Shown piece after piece: positions 35,381 through 47,794 of a stretch of DNA of 64,000 nt (positions within the stretch are counted from its first letter, which is position 1; each line of letters begins with the position of its first letter). The translations under genes were made by a program, and so were the position numbers. This DNA comes from Acidobacteriota bacterium (GTDB lineage: Bacteria; Acidobacteriota; Vicinamibacteria; Vicinamibacterales; CAVVIG01): assembly GCA_003222395.1 (NCBI GenBank), contig QHWB01000051.1:7452-71451 (forward strand), written 5' to 3'. Below the pieces are notes generated by a model. It saw nothing but the letters and a program-made list of their open reading frames with translations. It had not been told where the DNA came from and did no database searches.

Positions 35381-36301
35381 TCACTTTTCACCGCGACGCG
35401 CGTTGAGATCGCGCAGCTTGCGCTCCGCGCGCGCTTCGATCAGCGCTGCATCGTAGACGCGCGCCTCACGCGCGCGATCGATCAGGCGTTTCCACGCGCT
35501 GGCGCTCGCGTTCAGATCGTGAAAGTACACGTCGTGCACGTCGGCAATGCGCTGCAGGAAGATCGGATTCGCCGGATAGCGCGCGTCGAGCGACTCGAGC
35601 AGTGTCAATGCCGCGCGTGGACGTCCCTCGTACCACAGATAAATCTGATGCAGCTCGAAGTCGGCCTGGCCGCGCAGCAGCACGCCGCGATCGCGAGCGA
35701 GCAGCATCTCGCGGAGCCCGCTGACGCGATCGCCGCCCGGCAGCAGCAGCAGCCATCGCAGGAATTTCGCGTACAGCGGCGCGACGTCGGCGTAGTAGCG
35801 ATACAGCCCGATGCCGAAGTGGGCATCGTCGAGCGACGGATCGAGCTGCAGGGAGCGCTCGAGCGCGGCTTTGATCTTGTTTCCGTCGCGCGCGGCGGCG
35901 AGGCGTTCGTTGCGGGCGACGCGGAGCTGCACGAGCGGAACGTAGGAGCCTGCGAGGTAGAACCAGGCTTCGGCACGGCCCGGTTCGCGCCGGGTCCATT
36001 GGAGATTGGCGGCGACAGCGGCGCCGGCGAGGTCGATGAGCCGCCGATCCAGTGCGCGGTTGCCGGAATCGATGAGGATTTGCCACCACACGGCCTCGGC
36101 GGCGAGCGCCTGGCACGCGCCCTGCGGCGCCGGGGGGCACGTCTTGGCCAGCGCCGCGTCGGTGCGATCGAATTGCGCGTTGAGAATCGAGTCGTAAACA
36201 GCAGCGAGCCGCGGTGCTTCGGTCAGGCCGGTCCTCTGCGGCGTCGCGAGCACGAGGGCGCCCCCAGCCAGCAGCCACCAGCAACGAGCAACCAGCGTCA
36301 C
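35381..36301 (-). CDS. secreted helical-repeat (TPR-like) hypothetical protein
   Basis: GTG 36301 overlaps ddl stop (GTGA). N-terminal LVARCWWLLAGGALVLA signal-like segment, helical repeats. Confidence 0.6.
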   Translation of the reverse strand: MTLVARCWWLLAGGALVLATPQRTGLTEAPRLAAVYDSILNAQFDRTDAALAKTCPPAPQGACQALAAEAVWWQILIDSGNRALDRRLIDLAGAAVAANLQWTRREPGRAEAWFYLAGSYVPLVQLRVARNERLAAARDGNKIKAALERSLQLDPSLDDAHFGIGLYRYYADVAPLYAKFLRWLLLLPGGDRVSGLREMLLARDRGVLLRGQADFELHQIYLWYEGRPRAALTLLESLDARYPANPIFLQRIADVHDVYFHDLNASASAWKRLIDRAREARVYDAALIEARAERKLRDLNARRGEK

Positions 36302-37428
36302 ATGCTCGTTCGTAATTGCTGCTTTTCCGCATGCCGCTCGATCGCGAGCGCGATGAGACGATCGAGCAGCTGCGCGTATGTGACGCCGCTCGCCTCCCAC
36401 ATCTTCGAGTACATGCTGATCGTGGTGAAGCCCGGAATCGTGTTGAGCTCGTTGAGGTACAAGGTGCCGCTGTCGCCGGCGAGCAGAAAGTCGACGCGAG
36501 CCATGCCTGCGCAGTCGATCGCCTTGAACGCGGCCACGGCGAGGTTGCGGACCTCGTCGGTCATGTTCCTCGTCAGCTCGGCCGGGATGACCGTTTTCGA
36601 TGCTTCGTCGAGGTACTTCGCCTCGTAGTCGTAGAACTCGCGAGACGGGAGGATTTCGCCGGGAACCGACGCCTCGGGTTCGTCGTTGCCGAGGACGGCG
36701 CATTCGATTTCGCGCGCGCTGGGCACGGCGGCTTCGACGACGATCTTTCGATCGAACTGCGCGGCGAACTCGATCGCGTCGCGCAGCTCGCTCGCGTGCT
36801 TCGCCTTCGAGATGCCGACGCTCGACCCGAGGTTCGCCGGCTTGACGAACACCGGGAACCCAAGCTGCTTCACGATGCGGTTCATGACCGCGCGGGCATC
36901 GCGCTGCCAGTCGCGCTTCAGCACGACGTCGTAGTCGCAAATCGGCAGCTTCCTGGCGGCGAACACGAGCTTCATCGCCGCCTTGTCCATGCCGACCGAC
37001 GAAGCGAGCACGCCGGCGCCGACATACGGGACGTTGGCGAGCTCCAGCAGCCCCTGCACCGTGCCGTCCTCTCCGTACGGACCGTGCAGCACCGGGAAAA
37101 CGACGTCGAGCGCCAGGCCGGCGACCGCCGCCCCGTCGTCTCGCCGATCGATCGTCATCAGCGTGTCGCCGCCAGGATGCGCGACGAGGTGTGCCTCGCG
37201 CGCCTGATCCGTCAGCTCGGATTTGTTGGCGCGAATCACGTCACCGGCCGAGACGAGCGCCGGCGGCCGGCGCGCGAGCGCCCATCGTCCGTCCTTCTCG
37301 ATGCGGATCGGAATGGCCTCGTACCGCTCGGGATCGAGATTCTGAAAGACCGCCGCGGCCGACGCGAGCGAGATCTCGTGCTCGCCCGACCGCCCGCCGT
37401 AAATGACGCCGACGCGAAGTTTTCTCAT
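36298..37428 (-). CDS. ddl: D-alanine--D-alanine ligase
   Basis: VIYGGRSGEHEISL, HGPYGEDGTVQGLLE, ATP-grasp LNELNTIPGFT. Confidence 0.95.
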   Translation of the reverse strand: MRKLRVGVIYGGRSGEHEISLASAAAVFQNLDPERYEAIPIRIEKDGRWALARRPPALVSAGDVIRANKSELTDQAREAHLVAHPGGDTLMTIDRRDDGAAVAGLALDVVFPVLHGPYGEDGTVQGLLELANVPYVGAGVLASSVGMDKAAMKLVFAARKLPICDYDVVLKRDWQRDARAVMNRIVKQLGFPVFVKPANLGSSVGISKAKHASELRDAIEFAAQFDRKIVVEAAVPSAREIECAVLGNDEPEASVPGEILPSREFYDYEAKYLDEASKTVIPAELTRNMTDEVRNLAVAAFKAIDCAGMARVDFLLAGDSGTLYLNELNTIPGFTTISMYSKMWEASGVTYAQLLDRLIALAIERHAEKQQLRTSM

Positions 37429-37462
37429 CTTTTAACCGCGTGGGGCCCCGCATCTCGCATCG

Positions 37463-37604
37463 CGGCGGGGACCCACCCCCGCCGCGGTTGCTCGGCGCAT
37501 GCGCGCCTCGCAACAGCTCAAGGCTGTCACGCGCAGACGCGCTCGCGGCGTAAACCGCTCGCGCGTATCCAGAACAGAACGTCGCAGCACCATTTTGTGT
37601 TGCG
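37463..37604 (+). repeat. composite structured repeat element, copy A (three hairpin modules plus a 49-nt copy-specific insert)
   Basis: Module 1 CGGCGGGG-ACCCAC-CCCCGCCG (37463-37484). Module 2 ACGCGC-TC-GCGG-CGTAAA-CCGC-TC-GCGCGT (37537-37566). Module 3 CGCAGCAC-CATTTT-GTGTTGCG (37583-37604). Matches 61513-61600. Confidence 0.8.
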
Positions 37605-37638
37605 CGGCCTTCCGGCCGGCAATCATCCTGAACTGTAA

Positions 37639-39084
<1,446 letters not shown>

Positions 39085-39100
<16 letters not shown>

Positions 39101-39190
39101 TCGCGAGCAATCAATAATAATGTGAATAATGTGGCGCGGCCCCTTCAGGGCCGCGAGCAACCAATAGCGTAGCGCAGCCCTTCAGGCCGC
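39085..39190. repeat. repeat cluster: CGCGAGCAATCAATAA x2 (39085, 39102) plus CGCGAGCAACCAATAG (39152); REP palindrome 39131-39156; GTAGCGCAGCCCTTCAGGCC 39169-39188
   Basis: Read directly. The first 16-mer contains the yajC stop codon. Confidence 0.85.
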
Positions 39191-39199
39191 TGGATTGTT

Positions 39200-40795
39200 A
39201 TGCAGAACCTTCGCTGGAAAGTCATCACGATCATCTCCGTCTTCATTGTCTTCTCTGCCGTCGGCGTGTATCCGATTCTCGCCGCGCGCAAGGGCATCAA
39301 CTCGCCGAGCTGGCTGATGGACAAGCAGTTGAAGCTCGGGCTCGATCTCAAGGGCGGCGTCCATCTCGACCTGCGCGTCCAGACCGACGATGCGCTGCGC
39401 CTCGAAACGGATCTCGAGTCCGAGCGGCTCCGCGAAGAGCTGAAGTCGAAGAACATCACGTTTACCGCCGTCCAGACGATCAACCCGACGCAATTCCGCG
39501 TCGACGGCGTGCCGCCGGCGCAGGACGCGGCGTTCCGAACGGCCGCGAACGAAGTGCAGGCGAACTTCGATCGCGGCTCCGGGACGAACGGCAGCTACAC
39601 CTTCACGATGAAGCCGAACGTGCAGGTGAATCTCCGCGACGAGGCGGTCGTGCAGGCGCGGCAGACGATCGAGCGCCGCGTCAATGAGCTCGGCGTCACT
39701 GAGCCGAGCATCTCGCAGCAGGGCTCGGGCGGCGATCAGATTCTCGTGCAGCTTCCGGGCGTCACCGACGTCGAGCGCGCGAAGCAGATCATGGGATCGC
39801 CGGGACTGCTCGAATTGAAGATCGTCGAGCAGGGGCCGTCGCCGACGAAGGAATCGCTCATGACCAACGGGCAGGTGCCGGCGGGCATGGAAATCGTGCC
39901 TGGCGCAGCCGGCGCGCCCGGTGATGCGAGCACCGTCTACTACCTGGTGAGGAAGGTGGCCGCCGTCACCGGCCGTGATTTGCGCAACGCGCGGCCGTCG
40001 GTCGACGAGAACAATCAGCCCGCGGTGAGCTTCACGCTGAACAACGAAGGCGGACGGAAGTTCGGCAAGGTGACCGGCGAGAACGTCGGCCGCCAGCTCG
40101 CGATCATTCTGGACGGCCGCGTCCAGTCGGCGCCGCGGATCGAATCGCGGATCACGACCGAGGGGCGCATCACCGGCAGCTTCACGTCGGACGAGGTCCA
40201 GAACCTCTCGCTCATCCTGCGCTCGGGTGCCCTGCCGGCCACGCTGACCTATCTCTCGGAGCGAACGATCGGCCCGAGCCTCGGCGCCGACTCGATCCGG
40301 TCCGGCGTCATCGCATCGGTCGTCGGGCTGCTCCTGATCATCAGCTTCATGCTGGTGTACTACAAGTTGTCCGGCGTCAACGCCGTCGTCGCGCTCATCT
40401 TCAACCTCATCATCCTTCTGGGCCTGATGGCGTACATCGGCGCGGTGATGACGCTGCCGGGCATCGCGGGCTTCGTGCTGACGATGGGGATCGGCGTCGA
40501 TTCGAACGTGCTGATCTTCGAGCGCATCAAGGAGGAGCTCGAAGCCGAACGCGGCGTCCGCGCGTCGATTAACGCCGGCTTCGCCCGCGTGTTCTGGACG
40601 CTGGTCGACACGCACGTCGCGGCACTTATCTCGTGCGCGTTTCTGTTCCAGTTCGGCACCGGACCGATCCGCGGCTTCGCCGTCACGCTGTTCATCGGTC
40701 TGATCTCGAACCTGTTCACGTCGATTTTCGTGTCCAAGACGCTGTTCGAAGTGGCGTTGGCGCGGCGCCATCAGGTCGCAACGCTGAGTATTTGA
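39200..40795 (+). CDS. secD: protein translocase subunit SecD
   Basis: 531 aa. Periplasmic domain plus 6 TM, LGLDLKGG, GIAGFVLTMGIGVDSNVLIFERI. Confidence 0.95.
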   Translation: MQNLRWKVITIISVFIVFSAVGVYPILAARKGINSPSWLMDKQLKLGLDLKGGVHLDLRVQTDDALRLETDLESERLREELKSKNITFTAVQTINPTQFRVDGVPPAQDAAFRTAANEVQANFDRGSGTNGSYTFTMKPNVQVNLRDEAVVQARQTIERRVNELGVTEPSISQQGSGGDQILVQLPGVTDVERAKQIMGSPGLLELKIVEQGPSPTKESLMTNGQVPAGMEIVPGAAGAPGDASTVYYLVRKVAAVTGRDLRNARPSVDENNQPAVSFTLNNEGGRKFGKVTGENVGRQLAIILDGRVQSAPRIESRITTEGRITGSFTSDEVQNLSLILRSGALPATLTYLSERTIGPSLGADSIRSGVIASVVGLLLIISFMLVYYKLSGVNAVVALIFNLIILLGLMAYIGAVMTLPGIAGFVLTMGIGVDSNVLIFERIKEELEAERGVRASINAGFARVFWTLVDTHVAALISCAFLFQFGTGPIRGFAVTLFIGLISNLFTSIFVSKTLFEVALARRHQVATLSI

Positions 40796-40918
40796 AGCTT
40801 TCAGCTTTCGGCTGTCCGCTATCAGCTGGTGCTGAAAACTGATAACCGAATGCTGAAAACAAAAGCTGATAGCCGAGAGCTGATAGCTGAAAGCCGATAG
40901 CTGAAAGCCGATAACTGT
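40794..40918. repeat. unit-repeat hairpin, AGCTGATAGCTGAAAGC family (copy 2), between secD and secF
   Basis: Left arm GAAGCTTTCAGCTTTCGGCTGTCCGCTATCAGC. Right arm GCTGATAGCCGAGAGCTGATAGCTGAAAGCCGATAGCTGAAAGCCGATAAC. Same unit family as 7321-7456. Confidence 0.85.
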
Positions 40919-40921
40919 CAT

Positions 40922-41935
40922 ATGCACATTTTCAAGCACACGAATTACGACTTCCTCCGCTGGCGCGTCCACGCGCTCGTGCTGTCGTGGGCCATCATCA
41001 TCGCCGGCGTCATCGCAATCTGGACCAAAGGCATTCCAGAAGGCGTCGAGTTTGCCGGCGGCACGGTCGTCATCGAGAGGTTCGATCGACCGGTGTCGGT
41101 GCAGCAGGTGCGCCAGGCGCTGGACAAGAACTTCCCGGGCGGCGGCCAGAACACCATCGTTCAGGTGTACGGCGATCCGTCGCAGAACCAGGTGATGGTC
41201 CGCGTGCCGACGATCGGCGCCGAGTCCGGGCAGTCGCTCAGCACGATCGCGAGCCAGGTCGACGAGGCCCTGAAGAAGGGAGGCATCGGTACGCCGGAGC
41301 GGGTGGGCACCGAAATCGTCGGTCCGACGGTCGGCGCCGAGCTGAAGAGCCGGGGCATCTGGGCGACGCTGCTCTCGCTCATCGGCATCCTCGCGTATCT
41401 GGCGTTCCGATTCCAATTCAGCTTCGGCGTCGGCGCGGTCGTCGCGACGATTCACGACCTGCTGATCACCCTCGCGTTCCTCGCCTTCTTCCGTTACGAC
41501 CTGTCGCTGAACGTCATCGCCGCCATCCTGACGATGACCGGCTACTCGACCAACGACACGATCGTCATCTTCGACCGAATCCGCGAGAACCTGCGGTCGA
41601 TGCGCCGCGACTCGCTGGACCACATCATCAACGTGTCGGTGAACCAGACGCTGGGCCGGACGGTCATCACGTCGGGCACGGCGCTGCTGACGGCGCTCGC
41701 GCTCTTCTTCTTCGGCGGCGAGGTGCTGCACGGGTTCGCGTTCACGATGGTGGTCGGCATCATTACGGGCACGTACTCGAGCGTCTTCATCGCGGCCGCG
41801 ATCGTCAGCTTCTGGCGCGGCAGCGCGCCGACGCGCGCGGCGGCCCACGCTCCGGCCTCGTCTGTGCCGGCGGTCGCGGCGCCGCAGCAGCCGCAGCGAA
41901 AAGTGAAGCCGCAGCGAAAGGCACGCGCCTCATAA
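40922..41935 (+). CDS. secF: protein translocase subunit SecF
   Basis: 337 aa. SecF periplasmic loop plus 6 TM, GYSTNDTIVIFDRIRE. Confidence 0.95.
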   Translation: MHIFKHTNYDFLRWRVHALVLSWAIIIAGVIAIWTKGIPEGVEFAGGTVVIERFDRPVSVQQVRQALDKNFPGGGQNTIVQVYGDPSQNQVMVRVPTIGAESGQSLSTIASQVDEALKKGGIGTPERVGTEIVGPTVGAELKSRGIWATLLSLIGILAYLAFRFQFSFGVGAVVATIHDLLITLAFLAFFRYDLSLNVIAAILTMTGYSTNDTIVIFDRIRENLRSMRRDSLDHIINVSVNQTLGRTVITSGTALLTALALFFFGGEVLHGFAFTMVVGIITGTYSSVFIAAAIVSFWRGSAPTRAAAHAPASSVPAVAAPQQPQRKVKPQRKARAS

Positions 41936-42006
41936 GTACGAAGTTTGAAGTACGGAGTACGAAGTTCTCGGGCTTTCGTACTTCAGACTTCGTACTTCGA
42001 ACTTTC
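41936..42006. repeat. unit-repeat hairpin, AGTACGAAGT units, between secF and uppP
   Basis: AGTACGAAGTTTGAAGTACGGAGTACGAAG-TTCTCGGG-CTTTCGTACTTCAGACTTCGTACTTCGAACTTT. Confidence 0.8.
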
Positions 42007-42007
42007 A

Positions 42008-42805
42008 ATGGCTTCTCTCGTCAAAGCCGCCATCCTTGGCGTCGTGCAGGGAGTCACCGAATTCCTGCCGGTTTCGTCGACCGCTCATCTGCTGATTGGC
42101 GAGCGGCTGATCGGCTACGACGATCCGGGCGGCGTCTTCACGGTGATGATCCAGCTCGGATCAATCCTGGCCGTGATGTGGCTGTATCGCGACAAAATCA
42201 TCGAAGTCGTCACCGGCCTGCCATCGCGTCCGGGAGCGCGGCATTTCGCGCTGATGGTCATCGTCGCGACGGCTCCGGCGCTGGTCGCCGGCGCGCTGCT
42301 GTCGAAGTTCGTGAAGAGCGTGCTCTACGGGAGCTTCATCGTGATCGCCGCGGCGTTCATCGTCTTCGGCGTCGCGATGCTGATCGTCGAGCGGCTTCGA
42401 CCGGCGCCGACGATCCGCGTCATCGACGATACGCCCGTCGATCGCGCGCTCGCGATCGGCACGTGGCAGGTGCTGGCGCTGGTTCCCGGGGTGTCTCGCT
42501 CAGGATCCACGATCGTCGGGGGGATGCTCGCGCGGCTCGATCGTCCGACCGCCGCAGAGTTCTCGTTCTTCCTGGCGATGCCGACGATGGCGGCCGCGTT
42601 CGCGCATGATCTGCTCGAGGTGCGTTATAACCTTGGCGCCGCGCGCGGAGCCGAGATTGCCGTCGGATTCGTGATGGCCTTCCTTTCGTCGGCGCTCGTC
42701 GTCAAACCGTTCCTGGCCATCGTCCGGAGATCCGGATTCGCGCCATTCGCCTGGTACCGCATCGCGCTCGGCATTGCCGTTCTCTATGCAGTGGCTGCGG
42801 CGTAG
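42008..42805 (+). CDS. uppP: undecaprenyl-diphosphate phosphatase
   Basis: VQGVTEFLPVSSTAHL, SRSGSTI motifs (BacA/UppP). ATG 42008 directly follows the hairpin. Confidence 0.9.
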   Translation: MASLVKAAILGVVQGVTEFLPVSSTAHLLIGERLIGYDDPGGVFTVMIQLGSILAVMWLYRDKIIEVVTGLPSRPGARHFALMVIVATAPALVAGALLSKFVKSVLYGSFIVIAAAFIVFGVAMLIVERLRPAPTIRVIDDTPVDRALAIGTWQVLALVPGVSRSGSTIVGGMLARLDRPTAAEFSFFLAMPTMAAAFAHDLLEVRYNLGAARGAEIAVGFVMAFLSSALVVKPFLAIVRRSGFAPFAWYRIALGIAVLYAVAAA

Positions 42806-43370
42806 CTTCATCGCCGGCTTCTTCGTCACCGTTCCGCTATTCGTCAGCGTCGCGGCGATCATCTGGATTTTCGGCGTCGTCGACGGCGCGACCACGCCAA
42901 TCTACGATCAGCTGATCGGCCGCCGAATCCCCGGCCTCGGCCTCGTGTCGACCGCGATCGCGATCATTCTGGTCGGTGCGTTCGCACGCAACGTCATCGG
43001 CCGCCGCATTCTGACGCGGACCGAGGGGTGGCTGCTCAAGGTGCCGCTGTTCCGCACGATCTATTCGCCCGTCAAGCAGCTGATCACGGCGTTCGCCCCC
43101 GACAACGAATCCGGATTCAAGCGGGTCGTGATGATCGACGATCCGCACCGCGGCTTCGCGCTCGGATTCCTGACGCGCGAGTTCACCGTCGATCGCGGTC
43201 GCGGACCCGAGGAGCTCATCGCGGTCTACGTGCCGACCAATCACCTCTACCTGGGAGACGTCGTCGTGTGCGAGCGCGGGCGCGCATCGTTTCCGGACAT
43301 TTCCGTCGAGGACGGCATCCGCATTTTCCTGACCGGCGGCATGGCGCTGCCCGCGAAAGTCCGCATATAA
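42786..43370 (+). CDS. DUF502-family membrane protein
   Basis: MQWLRRSFIAGFFVTVPLFVSV.., PGLGLV, two N-terminal TM helices plus conserved C-domain. Start 42786 or 42774. Confidence 0.75.
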   Translation: MQWLRRSFIAGFFVTVPLFVSVAAIIWIFGVVDGATTPIYDQLIGRRIPGLGLVSTAIAIILVGAFARNVIGRRILTRTEGWLLKVPLFRTIYSPVKQLITAFAPDNESGFKRVVMIDDPHRGFALGFLTREFTVDRGRGPEELIAVYVPTNHLYLGDVVVCERGRASFPDISVEDGIRIFLTGGMALPAKVRI

Positions 43371-43408
43371 TCCGAGCTTTTGTGGCGCGACTGTCAGCGC
43401 AATCATGA

Positions 43409-43526
43409 GAGCAGCCCTGAAGGGCTGCTCTACAGCCGAGCGAAAGATGGTGTCGTTGGTCGCTTGCGTCGGCGTCGAATGAAGGGCTGCGCTACCCGTG
43501 CGCTGTTTCTGTAGCGCAGCCCTTCA
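43409..43526. repeat. REP-like hairpins: GAGCAGCCC-TGAA-GGGCTGCTC (43409-43430) and TGAAGGGCTGCGCTAC / GTAGCGCAGCCCTTCA (43480-43495 / 43511-43526)
   Basis: Perfect 9-bp and 16-bp inverted repeats read directly. Same core as 39169-39188, 6756-6773 and 63014-63054. Confidence 0.85.
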
Positions 43527-43558
43527 GACCTGGCGCGGAACGGCCCCGAAGAGGTGGA

Positions 43559-46033
<2,475 letters not shown>

Positions 46034-46093
46034 GGTTTTCGTAAACCCTTCGGCCATCTGGCGATTTCCGGTGTCTAAGGGTACTAAGTTGCG

Positions 46094-46123
46094 TTGACTC
46101 TCAGTTTTTACCCTGACTATAAT
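46094..46123 (+). promoter_or_regulatory. sigma70-type promoter TTGACT-18 nt-TATAAT for tonB-exbB-exbD-exbD
   Basis: -35 46094-46099, -10 46118-46123, about 60 nt upstream of the tonB start. Confidence 0.6.
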
Positions 46124-46185
46124 CGGCGGCCTTGCGCGGGTAAAAACCGTCGTTCCTGCGAGCGCGCTTCTGGAGGAGACAATCC

Positions 46186-46911
46186 GTGCCACGTGACATG
46201 TTCGGCGATGTCGTCGAGCCGTCGATCAAGATCGGCTCGAAGAAGTGGTATACGGTTCCGCTGTCGATCGCCACGCATACGGTGATCATCGGGGCCGTCA
46301 TCATCATTCCGCTGATGGCGGCCGACGTCCTTCCGACGCCGCCCGTCATGACGGCGTTCGTCGCGGCGCCGCCGCCGCCTCCGCCGCCACCACCGCCGCC
46401 GCCCCCGCCGGCGCAGGCCATTGCGCCGAAGCCGATGCCGGAAGTCAATCCGGCCGCCGCGCCGGTCGAGGCGCCGCGCGAGATCAAACCTGAAACCGGC
46501 ATCGAACAGGGAATGAAAGGCGTCGTTGGCGGCGTGGAAGGTGGGGTCGTCGGCGGCGTGACGGGCGGCATCGTCGGCGGACTCGCAGAAGCGCCGCCGC
46601 CGCCTCCGCCGCCGCCTCCGCCCGCCCCGGTCCGCGTCGGCGGCAACATCCGCCCCCCGACCAAGACGAAGGACGTCAAGCCGACGTATCCGGCGATTGC
46701 GCAGTCGGCGCGCGTCCAGGGCGTGGTGATCATCGAGGCGACGATCGGTCCGAACGGCGCCGTGCAGGAAGCCAAGGTGCTGCGCTCGATTCCGCTGCTC
46801 GATCAGGCCGCGCTCGACGCCGTACGTCAATGGCAGTTCACGCCGACGCTGCTCAATGGCGTGCCGGTGCCGGTCATCATGACGGTCACGGTGAACTTCA
46901 CGTTGCAGTGA
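46186..46911 (+). CDS. tonB: energy transducer TonB
   Basis: N-terminal TM, two poly-Pro spacers, C-terminal TonB domain (YPAIAQSARVQGVVIIEATIGPNGAV). GTG 46186 or ATG 46198. Confidence 0.85.
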   Translation: MPRDMFGDVVEPSIKIGSKKWYTVPLSIATHTVIIGAVIIIPLMAADVLPTPPVMTAFVAAPPPPPPPPPPPPPPAQAIAPKPMPEVNPAAAPVEAPREIKPETGIEQGMKGVVGGVEGGVVGGVTGGIVGGLAEAPPPPPPPPPPAPVRVGGNIRPPTKTKDVKPTYPAIAQSARVQGVVIIEATIGPNGAVQEAKVLRSIPLLDQAALDAVRQWQFTPTLLNGVPVPVIMTVTVNFTLQ

Positions 46912-47002
46912 ACAGGGAATCAGGAATCCGCAATCCGCGCCTCGACGAGCTCCGGCAGGCTGAGCTCGTCGAAGGCGCCATTCAGACGATGGAGGATGGA
47001 CC

Positions 47003-47677
47003 GTGGATCTAGTCGCAATGTGGCAGCAAATGGGTCTCGTGGCGAAGGCCGTGGCTTTCGTGCTGTTTTTCATGTCGATGTGGTCGTTCGGCGTGGCGAT
47101 CGAGCGCATCTTCACCTTCACGCAGGCGCGCAATCAGTCGAAGCTGTTCGCGCCGCAGGTGGCCAAGCACCTCAAGGAAGGGCGCCTGAAGGACGCGATC
47201 GCACTCTCGTCGTCGAAGAACTACCGTTACAGCCACCTCGCCAAAGTCGTCCTCGCTGGACTGCAGGAGTATCAGTTCCAGCAGGAGAGCGGCGGCTCGC
47301 TCTCGCGCGAAGACCTGATGGACACCGTGCGCCGTTCCATTCAGCGCGCGTCGGCGCTGACCGCGTCGGACCTGAAGAAGGGCGTCTCGGCGCTCGCGAC
47401 GATCGGCTCGACGGCACCCTTCGTCGGACTGCTCGGCACGGTCGTCGGCGTCATCACCGCGTTCCAGGGCATCGCGGCCTCGGGCTCGGGCGGCATCGGC
47501 GCCGTGTCGGCCGGCATCGCGGAAGCGCTCGTCGAGACCGCGCTGGGGCTCGTCGTCGCCATTCCGGCGGTGTGGTTCTACAACTACCTGACGGGACGCA
47601 TCGAGTACTTCAACGTGGAGATGGACAACTCGTCGTCCGAGCTCGTCGACTACTTCATTCGGAAAACAGCGGCGTAG
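47003..47677 (+). CDS. exbB: MotA/TolQ/ExbB proton-channel protein
   Basis: 3 TM, LATIGSTAPFVGLLGTVVGVI signature. Confidence 0.9.
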   Translation: MDLVAMWQQMGLVAKAVAFVLFFMSMWSFGVAIERIFTFTQARNQSKLFAPQVAKHLKEGRLKDAIALSSSKNYRYSHLAKVVLAGLQEYQFQQESGGSLSREDLMDTVRRSIQRASALTASDLKKGVSALATIGSTAPFVGLLGTVVGVITAFQGIAASGSGGIGAVSAGIAEALVETALGLVVAIPAVWFYNYLTGRIEYFNVEMDNSSSELVDYFIRKTAA

Positions 47678-47690
47678 CGCGACGCTTACA

Positions 47691-47779
47691 TTGCTGATTG
47701 TTGATTGCTGATTGTTGATTGATTGGTCGACCCCCAGTCAGCAATCAATCAGCAATCTGAAATCAGCAATCTGCAATCG
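47691..47779. repeat. unit-repeat hairpin, TTGCTGATTG units, between exbB and exbD
   Basis: Left arm TTGCTGATTGTTGATTGCTGATTGTTGATTGATTGG. Right arm GTCAGCAATCAATCAGCAATCTGAAATCAGCAATCTGCAATCG. Followed by AAGGAG and ATG 47795. Confidence 0.85.
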
Positions 47780-47794
47780 TAAGGAGACTCAGTT

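Noticed and set aside
39182-41848. Very long antisense ORFs: 39182..41848 (-) 888 aa, 58224..61148 (-) 974 aa, 54153..56837 (+) 894 aa, 53407..55260 (-), 32635..34797 (-), 24323..26425 (+), 179..1237 (+).
   Set aside because: Each lies opposite a confidently recognised gene (secDF, lon, rel, PPIase, SDRs, HlyD). Their translations are Arg/Asp/His/Gly-rich with no motifs. Stop-poor shadow frames are expected in GC-rich DNA.
46369-46630. CCG-rich low-complexity tracts (46369-46410 and 46594-46630).
   Set aside because: They encode the poly-proline spacers typical of TonB and are in frame within a well-supported gene. They are not an independent element.
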